Shown piece by piece: positions 1-9,735 of a DNA stretch of 64,000 bases. The DNA comes from a bacterium (GTDB lineage: Bacteria; Zhuqueibacterota; Zhuqueibacteria; Residuimicrobiales; Krinioviventaceae). The notes beneath the pieces are model-generated. The model was not told where the DNA came from, did not search any database, and saw nothing but the letters and a program-made list of their open reading frames with translations. Position numbers and translations under genes: made by a program. The stretch lies in the NCBI GenBank assembly GCA_963675755.2, contig CAXXMD010000002.1:384001-448000 (forward strand), in the 5' to 3' direction. Every line of letters starts with the position of its first letter. The first letter of the stretch is position 1.

Positions 1-526
1 ATGCTCCCAGTTGCATGATTTCAATATGTTGGTTTGTTGGATAGAAATTACTTAGCTCAAGCTTGTCAGCTTTATTTTTGGGTCCTATTGAAACAAAATA
101 AACCGGACGGTGTTTGTCGAATCCATTTATCCCCAATTCAACACGACCTGCGTTAAATTCTTTTTGCCATACTGAATATGTATATTCTTCATTTTTAACA
201 ATCATATTCGTCTTGCTGAAACCGGATGGCTCAAGCCAGAAAGGAGGCTGCTGCTGATCCTGGTGCTGCATCACTGAAACAATAACAGGGACATTTACAT
301 CAAAATACCAGTATTTTTTTGACAAGATATCTTTTTCTTTATCAGATAAATTGTTCATAATATAATCATGAGTGATTGATTCAAGTTCATGATCTGATAA
401 ATTTGCATACAAACGGGTAACAATATTATCCATTGTAGATTTAACCGTTTGTGTAGACTGTGATACACATCCCAGAAAAATTAAGAAAATTATACCAACA
501 AATATGATACTTTTTTGATTTTTCAT
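1..526 (-). CDS. Lipoprotein, partial (runs off window start); N-terminus resembles Bacteroidota purple-acid-phosphatase/metallophosphoesterase proteins
   Basis: Not in ORF track. Manual translation from ATG at 526 (GGAG 532-535 upstream): MKNQKSIIFVGIIFLIFLGC (lipobox)...YWYFDVNVPVIVSV...PFWLEPSGF...GRVELGINGFDKHRPVYF, open to the edge. Family call is from recollection; the catalytic domain is outside the window. Confidence 0.6.
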   Translation of the reverse strand, partial: MKNQKSIIFVGIIFLIFLGCVSQSTQTVKSTMDNIVTRLYANLSDHELESITHDYIMNNLSDKEKDILSKKYWYFDVNVPVIVSVMQHQDQQQPPFWLEPSGFSKTNMIVKNEEYTYSVWQKEFNAGRVELGINGFDKHRPVYFVSIGPKNKADKLELSNFYPTNQHIEIMQLGA

Positions 527-717
527 CAGAACTCCATATATAATTCATAAAATTAAAGTATTTTGATTAACACTCTTTTACAATTAAAAATTCAATGAAT
601 AGAAAAAGTTTGTAAATTTAATGGAAAAATGAACAATTTGCAGTTTCTTGCAAAAAAAAATGCAACTTTGGTCATTTTTTCCTTTGAATTGTTTAAAAAT
701 GGAATATATTTATAAGA

Positions 718-729
718 ACAAACGTTTGC
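718..729. promoter_or_regulatory. LacI-family operator O1
   Basis: ACAAACGTTTGC, palindromic core CAAACGTTTG with central CG, upstream of a LacI gene. Confidence 0.65.
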
Positions 730-918
730 CTTTTTAAGTCAGACAATTGTAAAAAAATGTAAATTCTAGATTTATTTATTTTTTAAAATACAAAAATTAG
801 CTTAAAAAATAAATAAAAAAACTGGTTTTGGTTTGAATTGCTGTTCATTTATATGAATTATATTTAAATTCTGCTTAATAATTTCTTAATCATGCATGTT
901 TACATTTAATTTTCAAAT

Positions 919-930
919 GCAAACGATTGC
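919..930. promoter_or_regulatory. LacI-family operator O2
   Basis: GCAAACGATTGC, near-palindrome matching O1, just before the LacI RBS (AAGGA). Confidence 0.65.
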
Positions 931-945
931 CCCTTAAGGAACCTT

Positions 946-1959
946 ATGGCAACACTTAAAGATGTAGCAAAATTAGCCAAAGTTCATCCGTCAACAGTCT
1001 CCCGTGTATTACGTGATATTGATAGTTTATCAATAACTACCAAAACACGAGAGCGCATCCTTAATGCAGTAGAAGAATTAAAGTATCGTCCTGATCAGAT
1101 GGCCCGGGCATTAAAGATGGGAAAAAGTTTTTCAATAGGTCTGATCATTCCAGATATATCAAATCCATTTTTTGCAGAACTAGTCAAGATAATAGAAAAT
1201 GAATGTACCAAAGCTGGTTTTATTCTTCTAGTATCAATATCTAATGAAGATCAGGAAAAAGAGATTCAGCATGTTAACAATTTGTTAGGCAGAGGTATAG
1301 ATGGATTGATTTTAGCTCCTGTGCAGAATAGTTATAATCATATTTTAGAATTAAAAAGTAAAAATTTCCCCTTTTTGTTGATAGATCGTTATTTTGAAAC
1401 ATTTGAGACCAATGCAATAATCAGTGATAATGAGGAATCAGCATTCAAGGCGGTTCAATATCTTGTCAAGCTTGGTCACAATCGTATTGGTTTTATCAGT
1501 GGTAGACCAGAAATTTATACAATACGGAAAAGGTTGGAAGGTTATAAAAAGGCTCTTAAAGAATTCAATTTGGAAGATAATGCAGATTTGATGTGGGGAG
1601 CAGGCCATACTTTTCAGAATGGATATGAAGCAACGCAAAATTTACTAGCTTTAGAAAAACCACCAACAGCGTTATTAATATCTGGAAACCTCATAACTTT
1701 AGGCGCTTACAAAGCATTGTTGGAAAAAGGATTGCATATTCCGAATGATATGTCTATAATAGCTTTTTCCGATAATGTTATTTCTCAATACTTGTCTACA
1801 CCTTTAACAACAATATCTCACCCACTTGAAGAAATGGGTAAGCGTGCTTTTCAATTGTTGTTTCAGAATATCAATACAGAAGTCAGAAATTCTTATACTA
1901 AAATTACAGTTTGCACTAATTTTATAATTAGAGAATCGACAGGTAAAAGAACAAGTTGA
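946..1959 (+). CDS. LacI-family transcriptional regulator
   Basis: N-terminal HTH TLKDVAKLAKVHPSTVSRVL, hinge MARALK, sugar-binding domain, ending IIRES. Confidence 0.95.
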   Translation: MATLKDVAKLAKVHPSTVSRVLRDIDSLSITTKTRERILNAVEELKYRPDQMARALKMGKSFSIGLIIPDISNPFFAELVKIIENECTKAGFILLVSISNEDQEKEIQHVNNLLGRGIDGLILAPVQNSYNHILELKSKNFPFLLIDRYFETFETNAIISDNEESAFKAVQYLVKLGHNRIGFISGRPEIYTIRKRLEGYKKALKEFNLEDNADLMWGAGHTFQNGYEATQNLLALEKPPTALLISGNLITLGAYKALLEKGLHIPNDMSIIAFSDNVISQYLSTPLTTISHPLEEMGKRAFQLLFQNINTEVRNSYTKITVCTNFIIRESTGKRTS

Positions 1960-2038
1960 AATTTTAATATGGTAATTAATAGGTTTAAATAATAATATAT
2001 AATCAAATGAGATGTATTTCTTGCTCTTGGAGAAAATT

Positions 2039-4969
2039 ATGACAAAAATTCCTAAAAATTGGTTGTATTTATTCATCATCTTGGTTTTGCTGGTAACGCA
2101 AAGCGGTTTTACTGCTGTTACTGGTAAAATTAGCGGAAAGGTAGTTGACGGTGAATCAGGTGACCCGTTACCTGGCGCAAATGTGCTGATAGACGGCACT
2201 ACACGTGGTGCCGCTACTGATGTTGAAGGTAACTTTTTAATAATTAATCTTGCCCCTGGTACTTATACTCTTAGGGTAAATATGATTGGTTATAATACGG
2301 TACAGATTCAAGATGTTCGTGTTTACACTGACCGTATAACCAAACAAAATTGTGAATTGACCATGGGTGTTCTTGAAGGGCAGGAAGTTGTTATTGTTGC
2401 CGGTAGAGAGCCCATCGAATTTGATAGAACAAATACCGCAGCTTATGTGAACCAGGAGGAGATTGAAGCTTTGCCGGTAACAACTTTTAGCGAAGTTATT
2501 GCTTTGCAATCTGGTGTTGTTGCTGATGCTGGCGGCAGTCTTCACTTTCGTGGTGGTCGTTCCCGCGAAGTTGCATATATGATTGATGGTATTCCAGTTA
2601 CTAATAACTTTAGTCAGGGTGGTGGTTCAAACGTTGCTATAGAAAATAACTTTATTAAAGAGCTTCAGGTTATTACCGGAACCTTTAATGCAGAATATGG
2701 TTCTGCCCAATCTGGTATCATTAATGTTGTGACCAAAGTTCCTGAAGACAAGTTTGATTTTAGTTTAGATGCCATGACTGGTGGATATTATTCTCCTAAT
2801 AAACCTCAATATATTGGCCTTGATTCATATGACCTGTTAAATACACAGGAATACAAATTTTCGGTTTCCGGACCGCTACCTTTTCCTAAAAAACTGGGTA
2901 AGCTTGGCTTTTTTGTAAATGGTCGTATTGTTAATGATGATGGCTATTTAAATGGTGAAAGACGTTATTCACCTGAAGATGGTTGGGAAATTGAAGTTTT
3001 TCGTGAATGGTACAATGCAACTTATGATCCCAAGGATCCACTTTTGATTCCAATTCCAGATTCATTGCATACCGGTGACGGATCAATTGTTTCTATTGAT
3101 TGGGAAAAGAAATATAGCATTAATACCAAGCTTGTTTATCAACCATTGCCATCTATGACTTTGTCATATAATTTGTTTACAAGTGATGGTGAAGGTAAAT
3201 CTTATTCTCATTCCTGGCGTTATACCCCAGATGCATTACCGTTCTGGTATGATGATAAAGTAACCCATATGTTGGTTTTTACTCATTCACCATTTGAAAA
3301 TCTTTACTATAATTTGCGTTATTCAATGCAAAAAAGTGAAACAAAAGCTTATACATATGAAGATCCTAATGATCCCAGATACCAATTGACCTCAATCAAT
3401 GCCTGGGATCCGGGTTCCATCACTGGTTATGACTTTGGTGGTATCTATAGCTGGGATCGTAATTTCCAGGAACGTACTATGAATTTGATTAATGGTGATG
3501 TTACCTGGCAGCTTAATAAAGTAATGGAAATTAAAACAGGTTTTGAATATAAAGACCATGATCTTCATTATCGCAATGCTCCAATGAAAGCTAAATTTGG
3601 TTATGAAACACAACAGTTCCCCTTTACCAGAAGTGAGATCGCAGGTCTTGAATTGCCATATGAATTCTTTCGCGATTCTACCAGAGCCTACGATTACGGA
3701 ACTATAAAACTCCGTCAGGCAAGTCCTGATAGCTCATTGGATGATCTTTACTATGTTGATTATAACCGGTATCCTATTGAAGCAGCAACTTTTGCCCAGA
3801 CCACTCTTCACATGGGTGAAATTATTTTAAATGCCGGTTTAAGATATGATTATTTTGCACCTGAAGATCGTTGGGCACCCAATTATTCAATTATTTACCC
3901 CGAGCTTGTTGGTAAAGATTATATTGAAACTGAAGATGGTGAAAGAATACAATACTATGAGCAAGCCGAAGCCAAGTGGCAATTGAGTCCACGTTTTGGT
4001 TTGTCGTTCCCCATTTCAGAAAAAGGTGCTATGCGTCTTTCTTATGGACATTTTTTCCAGACACCTAGTTTTGAAAAAATGTACCAAAATCCAGTTTTGC
4101 CGGATTACAATGAATTTAGTATTATGGGAACCAGTATTGGTAACCCAAATCTTAAACCAGAAAAAACTATCCAATATGAATTGGGTTTACAACAAGAGTT
4201 AACACCTGGATTGTCAATGGAATTGACAGTTTTCTATAAAGATTTCCGTGATCTTTTGGGTATTGAGATTTTGACTCTGAGTAATGCAACAACATTCTAT
4301 CGCTATATTAATAAAGAATATGGTGATTCAAAAGGTGTGTCATTTGCATTGAATTATAGCTCTATGGATAACAAGGTTGTTGCCGGTGTTGACTATTCAT
4401 ATATGACAGCAAAAGGTACTTCTTCAAGTCCTGAAGCTGCCCGTGATGTCGCGATTTTATCCGGTTCTTCCAAAGGCGCATATTCTCTTGCATCACGTAG
4501 AATCGATTACCTGAACTGGGACCAAACTCACAGTTTGAATGCAACAATTAGTGTTCAACCTGTTAAAAAACTTTACCTCAGCGTAGTTGGCCAATTGGGT
4601 TCTGGTTTACCATATTCACCTTCTACACTTGATCCTAACATTGAGATCCCCAGTGGTTGGTGGGACAATGCTGACCGCAAACCTGTAAGATGGGCTGTTG
4701 ATTTCAAGATCAACAAGACTGTTACTTTGATGAATTATAATTTCTCAGTTTACATGAATGTTTATAATATCTTTAATCACTTGAATGAAAACTCTGTCAA
4801 TAGCATAACCGGTCGTGCGGGCCCAGATGCATACCTGCCAGAAATCGCTCGTAAACGTTATTACAGACTTGAACAATTGGGTGAATTCACTCAGGAGGAA
4901 GCAGACTATAATCCTACTGAATATTCACGTCCACGCTTAATTCAATTTGGACTTTCATTTGCATTATAG
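2039..4969 (+). CDS. TonB-dependent receptor with N-terminal carboxypeptidase-regulatory-like domain (non-SusC type)
   Basis: Signal peptide; GKISGKVVD..GDPLPGANV; plug HFRGGRSREVAYMIDG, GTFNAEYG; GNPNLKPEKT; terminal strand PRLIQFGLSFAL. Start moved to ATG 2039 after GGAG. Confidence 0.92.
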   Translation: MTKIPKNWLYLFIILVLLVTQSGFTAVTGKISGKVVDGESGDPLPGANVLIDGTTRGAATDVEGNFLIINLAPGTYTLRVNMIGYNTVQIQDVRVYTDRITKQNCELTMGVLEGQEVVIVAGREPIEFDRTNTAAYVNQEEIEALPVTTFSEVIALQSGVVADAGGSLHFRGGRSREVAYMIDGIPVTNNFSQGGGSNVAIENNFIKELQVITGTFNAEYGSAQSGIINVVTKVPEDKFDFSLDAMTGGYYSPNKPQYIGLDSYDLLNTQEYKFSVSGPLPFPKKLGKLGFFVNGRIVNDDGYLNGERRYSPEDGWEIEVFREWYNATYDPKDPLLIPIPDSLHTGDGSIVSIDWEKKYSINTKLVYQPLPSMTLSYNLFTSDGEGKSYSHSWRYTPDALPFWYDDKVTHMLVFTHSPFENLYYNLRYSMQKSETKAYTYEDPNDPRYQLTSINAWDPGSITGYDFGGIYSWDRNFQERTMNLINGDVTWQLNKVMEIKTGFEYKDHDLHYRNAPMKAKFGYETQQFPFTRSEIAGLELPYEFFRDSTRAYDYGTIKLRQASPDSSLDDLYYVDYNRYPIEAATFAQTTLHMGEIILNAGLRYDYFAPEDRWAPNYSIIYPELVGKDYIETEDGERIQYYEQAEAKWQLSPRFGLSFPISEKGAMRLSYGHFFQTPSFEKMYQNPVLPDYNEFSIMGTSIGNPNLKPEKTIQYELGLQQELTPGLSMELTVFYKDFRDLLGIEILTLSNATTFYRYINKEYGDSKGVSFALNYSSMDNKVVAGVDYSYMTAKGTSSSPEAARDVAILSGSSKGAYSLASRRIDYLNWDQTHSLNATISVQPVKKLYLSVVGQLGSGLPYSPSTLDPNIEIPSGWWDNADRKPVRWAVDFKINKTVTLMNYNFSVYMNVYNIFNHLNENSVNSITGRAGPDAYLPEIARKRYYRLEQLGEFTQEEADYNPTEYSRPRLIQFGLSFAL

Positions 4970-4989
4970 AAAAATGGGTATATAAGATT

Positions 4990-6057
4990 ATGAAAAAAAT
5001 ACATTTATTATTCAGCTTTATTGTAATCTTTTACTGTAGCCAGTCTGTATTTTCTCAAATTGATTTGAGTGATGCCCAATACAGTTCTGATATAAGTAGA
5101 AGTGGAACATCTGCAGGTGCAATGCTTGAAATTGGTATTGGCGCCCGTGCAGAAGCTATGGGAGGAGCATTCGTTGGTGTTGCTGATGATCCTTCTGCTC
5201 TTTACTGGAACCCTGCAGGAATTATTAAAGTAAATACAATTTCTGTTCAGGCGACAAAAACCGAATGGTTTGTAGGTACAACTTTTAATTCACTTGATTT
5301 GGTCGTACCCGTTAAAATGGTCAACTCTGCACTTGGCGTTCATATTGCCATGTTAGATTATGGCTCTAATCCGGTGCGTACAATTTTCCGTCCGGAAGGA
5401 AATGGAGAAACATATTCGGCTTCCGATCTTGTTGCTGGACTCTATTGGGCTTTGGGCATTACAGACCGTGTAAACGTTGGCTTGGGTTTGAAATATTTTC
5501 AACAGAATATCTGGCATGTTACCGGTACCAACGTTGCTGTTGATTTGTCAATTTTGTTCGATACACCAGTAAAAGGTTTGACACTTGGTGGTGCATTGAG
5601 CAATCTTGGACCAGAGTTCTCACTTGATGGTCGAGATCTGACAAGAGTTTATGATATTGATGGCCGTAAAGATACATATTACAATAATGATAATGTCGCA
5701 ATCCAGCTTGCCACTGAAGCTTATCCTTTACCACTTTTATTTAGATTTGGTATGGCTTACACATGGCAACTTACTGCAAGAAATTCTTTGCTAATTGCGT
5801 CAAACGTCAACCATCCTAGCAATAATGTTGAAACTGTGGATGTAGGCGCAGAATTGAATTTGCTTGATCTTGGTTTTTTGAGAGCTGGATATCAATCTTT
5901 GTTTGATGATAAATCTGTTTCTGGGCTTTCTCTGGGAGCAGGTTTGAAATACAGAGTACTTGGTTCAGCTACTTTGACTTTTGATTATGCATGGACAGAC
6001 TGGACTGTTCTTGCGTCAACCAACAGATTTACTGTTGGTATCAGTACAGCTTATTAA
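4990..6057 (+). CDS. PorV/PorQ-like (UPF0164-type) outer-membrane beta-barrel
   Basis: Signal peptide; LEIGIGARAEAMGGAFVGVADDPSALYWNPAG; alternating beta-strands; LRAGY..., FDYAW; paralog of 55656-56681. Confidence 0.85.
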   Translation: MKKIHLLFSFIVIFYCSQSVFSQIDLSDAQYSSDISRSGTSAGAMLEIGIGARAEAMGGAFVGVADDPSALYWNPAGIIKVNTISVQATKTEWFVGTTFNSLDLVVPVKMVNSALGVHIAMLDYGSNPVRTIFRPEGNGETYSASDLVAGLYWALGITDRVNVGLGLKYFQQNIWHVTGTNVAVDLSILFDTPVKGLTLGGALSNLGPEFSLDGRDLTRVYDIDGRKDTYYNNDNVAIQLATEAYPLPLLFRFGMAYTWQLTARNSLLIASNVNHPSNNVETVDVGAELNLLDLGFLRAGYQSLFDDKSVSGLSLGAGLKYRVLGSATLTFDYAWTDWTVLASTNRFTVGISTAY

Positions 6058-6096
6058 TTAAGGTTTTGTTTCTAAAATTTAGTTAAAGGATGATTT

Positions 6097-9000
6097 ATGA
6101 AAAAGCTTGTTAATATATGTGCATTGATCATTTTATCAGCAAGTTCGCTTTTTGCGCAGGCTGCAGGATCACAATTTGATCTGCATCCTATGCACTGGGC
6201 CCGTTTTTGGGCAAGGGGACTTTTTGATCGTAACTTGATTTATTGCCCTGTTTGGAATATTGGTAATGTTACAGATTCTGGCGTTGACCCGGGTGATGAT
6301 ATGCAATGGCCCGGTAGTGAAGGTCTGGCATTTGTTGATGCTGCTGTTTTTTATATTGGTGCATTGGTTTATGACATGTCTGCTTATGAAGGAAAACAAG
6401 TTCCTGAAACCTGGGATGGTAGTGATATTTATATTGTAAGTGATGCTTATAATACTCATGTTTCTCAAGCAGTACCATGGGCCCAGTTATCTAAAGATAA
6501 AACTCACCAGCAGAAATGGGCACCAATTCCTGGATTTTTTAATGATGGTGCTTATGGCTATATTTATGGAATAAATGAAGATACTAATGGTGATGGTGAA
6601 TTAGCACCTGCTGAAGATGTTAATTTGAATGGTATTTTAGATTATAATCTTGAACCCCCGGAAAGTATTTTGAAAAGTATGGCTATCAGTACTGATAAAC
6701 GTACCTGGCCTGAATACTGGCCCGGTGGTACTTATGTTGGTGATGATCGTGAATTTTTTGGAAGACCGCCAAGAACTATTGAACCTGGTGAACGACAAGG
6801 TTTGTGGAATGGTGAATTTAAAGCGGGTACCATTTCTGATCAGGAAACATTGTATTGGATGGATGATCATGAAAATGACCATTGGAATGATTATAAAGTA
6901 GGTCGTTACTGGCCAATGAAAAATTCTGATGGTACTCCGGATACAACACCCTGGGCAGATGGTGGTATTGCCGGTGCTGGTGTTGAAGTTGAAGCCAGAA
7001 CTTATGCATGGTTTCACCCATTAGCTGAAGATTTGCTGGTTTCTGTTTATCGTGTGCGTAACTATAGTGATTATACTCTGAACCGAGTTGTTACGGGTAT
7101 GTGGGCAAATGCCAATATCGCTGGAAAAGGTGATTATAACCTTGCCAGTTATATTATTGCAGATTTTGATTATGAAGGCTCTGGTGGTCGTCTTGATTTC
7201 GATATTTTGTATCAATGGCACCAATTCCCGGATCAGCTTTCTACATATAAAAAAGTTGGTACCTTTGGATTTGCATTTCTTGAAAGTCCTGGTATCCCTT
7301 ATAACGGTTTAGATGATGATGCTGATGGTCTTGTAGATGAAGCCATGGATGATGGTATTGATAATGATGGTGACTGGTTACCTTATGCTGATATAGGTAT
7401 CGATAAAAAAGGACCTGGTGATGAAGGTTATGTGGGTCCCGATGGTGATGGAACTGAAAATAATGGAAGATGGGATACTGAAGATTCAAACTTGAATGGA
7501 GCTTTGGATCCCGGTGAAGATACTAATAAAAATGATAAACTTGATTTTGAACCTATTCGTAACGACCGTGGAACTGATGGTATTGGTCCTGATGAAAATG
7601 GCTGGCCAGGTCCTGATCCTGATGGTACTGAAGCCAATGGCGCTATGGATATTGGCGAACCGAATTTTGACAAAACTGATATCGATGAAGCTGACCAAGC
7701 TGGTTTGAAACATGTTTATGTTTATGAAAACAATAAAGATCTTAAAGATGATAAAGCCTTTTGGGAAAAATATCTTGCCAAAGATGATGTAGATATTGAA
7801 GAAACTGATGAAGATATCGTTTTTACTTTTGGCGCTCGTAATGTAAAATTAGATATTGATGTTTGGAGACGCTTTACAATTGCAATGATTATGGGTGAAG
7901 ATGAAGCTGATGCAATTCGTAACAAAGCAACCATGCAGAATATCTATGATGAGAATTATCAGTTCCTGACTCCTCCATTACAACCTACTTTGGTATCCAA
8001 TACTACAGATAGAAAAGTTCAATTGTATTGGGATACAGATGCTGAAACTTCTAAAGATCCATTCTTTGGTGAAGATTTTAATGGTTATCGCCTTTACAAG
8101 AGTACCGATCCTAAATTTCTGGATGTTAAAACCATTACTGATGCTTTTGGTAACATACTCTTATTTGAACCTTTGGAAATTTGGGATAGGGATGACGGTT
8201 TGATGGGTGTTCACCCAATTCCATTCCCCAACTTGGGTGTACATTATGATATGGGTAATGATAGTGGTTTGAAACATGCTTATGTTGATACGGTTGTTGA
8301 GAATGGTAGAACTTATTATTATGCGTTAACTGCGATTGATGCAGGTAATGATGATGACTTTTATGAAAGAAAACTCGTTACTGAAGATTATCCAATGCAG
8401 GCTATGCCTAGTGAATCACCGTTTAATATTACAGTAAACAAACTGGGTGAAGTTGTGTATAGAGACAGGAACACAGCAGTTGTAATTCCTACTGAACCTG
8501 CTGCCGGTTTTACAGAGCCACATATCGACTCAACTCTGATTAAACACAATTCAGGTTGGGCTCGTGGTGGAAAAATGAATATTGAAGTTTTCAATAAAAA
8601 TCATGCAAATCTGGGTAATGTTTATGAACTCCAGTTTGAAGATGATCACTGGCTTGACAGCCTCACGAACAAGTTTGAGTGGGGTGGAACAACAGGTATA
8701 CGTTGTTTGAACATTACAACCGGTGATACCATGTTTGATTTTCAATATGATACACCATATTATTTCAAAGAAGAAGCTTATAAGGAAATTGAGCAAGGCT
8801 TTTTTGAAGGTGTTCACTATGATCTGAGTTTTCCGATTGATACGGATGTAAGATATCATGGTATTGATATTGTTAAAACAAATGAAGATGGTCGCAAAAC
8901 CAATGAATGGAAACGTTGGGCAACTGATACAGAATCTAATCTTCGTGTTGAAGAAATTGATCTTGATAATTCAGATGCTACCATTGCATTACCTTTTGAT

Positions 9001-9735
9001 TTTGAAATTAGAGTAGAAGAGGAAATGGGTGCTGATACTTCAATTGCTATTCCACCATTGATTAAAGCATATCCTCTTAATTTTACAACTTGGAATGTTA
9101 CAGATCCAAATAATCCTATCCAGATGGACGTTGTTGTTCGTTACGATAAGGACTCTCGACTGGAATTACCCGATGAAATGTTTGGTCAACTTTGGGACAG
9201 CACACGTGTAATTTTAAAGCTTCCTAATAAAAAAGAAACGGGATGGTTGTCTTCTTGGACAGTTGAATTTTATAAAAACCGTTTTGATTCTTTAAAACCT
9301 GTTATTGCTCCTGCTCCTGGTGACATTTATAGGTTTAAAACGACCCGTAATCCATCTCGTCATGACCGTTTTCAATTTACAATTGATGGTGGTACATGGG
9401 ATGAAGATAAAGCAAAAATTGAAATGCGTGATATCTATGTAGTACCTGATCCTTATGTAGTATCAAGTAGTTACGAATCTATATATGAACTTGCAGGATA
9501 CTCGCAAAGACGTGTTGATTTTGTAAATTTACCGCCACAATGTACTATTAAAATATTTACAGCCAGTGGTAAACTTGTAAGAACTCTGGATCACAATGAG
9601 GCAAATGACTTTGGACGCCATTCCTGGGATCTAACTACTGAAGATGGACCCGAAGTTGCCTTTGGAATGTACTTTTTTGTAGTTGAATCAAAAGCACTTG
9701 GAACAACACGTGGTAAATTTGCGATTATCAAGTAA
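6097..9735 (+). CDS. Large secreted acidic protein with Asp/Gly-rich (probable Ca-binding) loops, FN3-like domain and atypical C-terminal sorting domain
   Basis: Signal peptide; DTNGDGEL, DDDADGLVDE, DDGIDNDGDW, GEPNFDKTD; PPLQP..KVQLYWD...ENGRTYYYALTA; C-terminus VVPDPYV...VAFGMYF..VES..GKFAIIK; paralog of 51790-55629. Confidence 0.8.
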   Translation: MKKLVNICALIILSASSLFAQAAGSQFDLHPMHWARFWARGLFDRNLIYCPVWNIGNVTDSGVDPGDDMQWPGSEGLAFVDAAVFYIGALVYDMSAYEGKQVPETWDGSDIYIVSDAYNTHVSQAVPWAQLSKDKTHQQKWAPIPGFFNDGAYGYIYGINEDTNGDGELAPAEDVNLNGILDYNLEPPESILKSMAISTDKRTWPEYWPGGTYVGDDREFFGRPPRTIEPGERQGLWNGEFKAGTISDQETLYWMDDHENDHWNDYKVGRYWPMKNSDGTPDTTPWADGGIAGAGVEVEARTYAWFHPLAEDLLVSVYRVRNYSDYTLNRVVTGMWANANIAGKGDYNLASYIIADFDYEGSGGRLDFDILYQWHQFPDQLSTYKKVGTFGFAFLESPGIPYNGLDDDADGLVDEAMDDGIDNDGDWLPYADIGIDKKGPGDEGYVGPDGDGTENNGRWDTEDSNLNGALDPGEDTNKNDKLDFEPIRNDRGTDGIGPDENGWPGPDPDGTEANGAMDIGEPNFDKTDIDEADQAGLKHVYVYENNKDLKDDKAFWEKYLAKDDVDIEETDEDIVFTFGARNVKLDIDVWRRFTIAMIMGEDEADAIRNKATMQNIYDENYQFLTPPLQPTLVSNTTDRKVQLYWDTDAETSKDPFFGEDFNGYRLYKSTDPKFLDVKTITDAFGNILLFEPLEIWDRDDGLMGVHPIPFPNLGVHYDMGNDSGLKHAYVDTVVENGRTYYYALTAIDAGNDDDFYERKLVTEDYPMQAMPSESPFNITVNKLGEVVYRDRNTAVVIPTEPAAGFTEPHIDSTLIKHNSGWARGGKMNIEVFNKNHANLGNVYELQFEDDHWLDSLTNKFEWGGTTGIRCLNITTGDTMFDFQYDTPYYFKEEAYKEIEQGFFEGVHYDLSFPIDTDVRYHGIDIVKTNEDGRKTNEWKRWATDTESNLRVEEIDLDNSDATIALPFDFEIRVEEEMGADTSIAIPPLIKAYPLNFTTWNVTDPNNPIQMDVVVRYDKDSRLELPDEMFGQLWDSTRVILKLPNKKETGWLSSWTVEFYKNRFDSLKPVIAPAPGDIYRFKTTRNPSRHDRFQFTIDGGTWDEDKAKIEMRDIYVVPDPYVVSSSYESIYELAGYSQRRVDFVNLPPQCTIKIFTASGKLVRTLDHNEANDFGRHSWDLTTEDGPEVAFGMYFFVVESKALGTTRGKFAIIK

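Noticed and set aside
6097-9735. SusD homolog or CRISPR-like/tandem DNA repeats in the gatgatggt-rich stretches
   Set aside because: No lipobox and far too large for SusD; the repeats are Asp/Gly codons inside an open frame with no constant repeat-spacer period.
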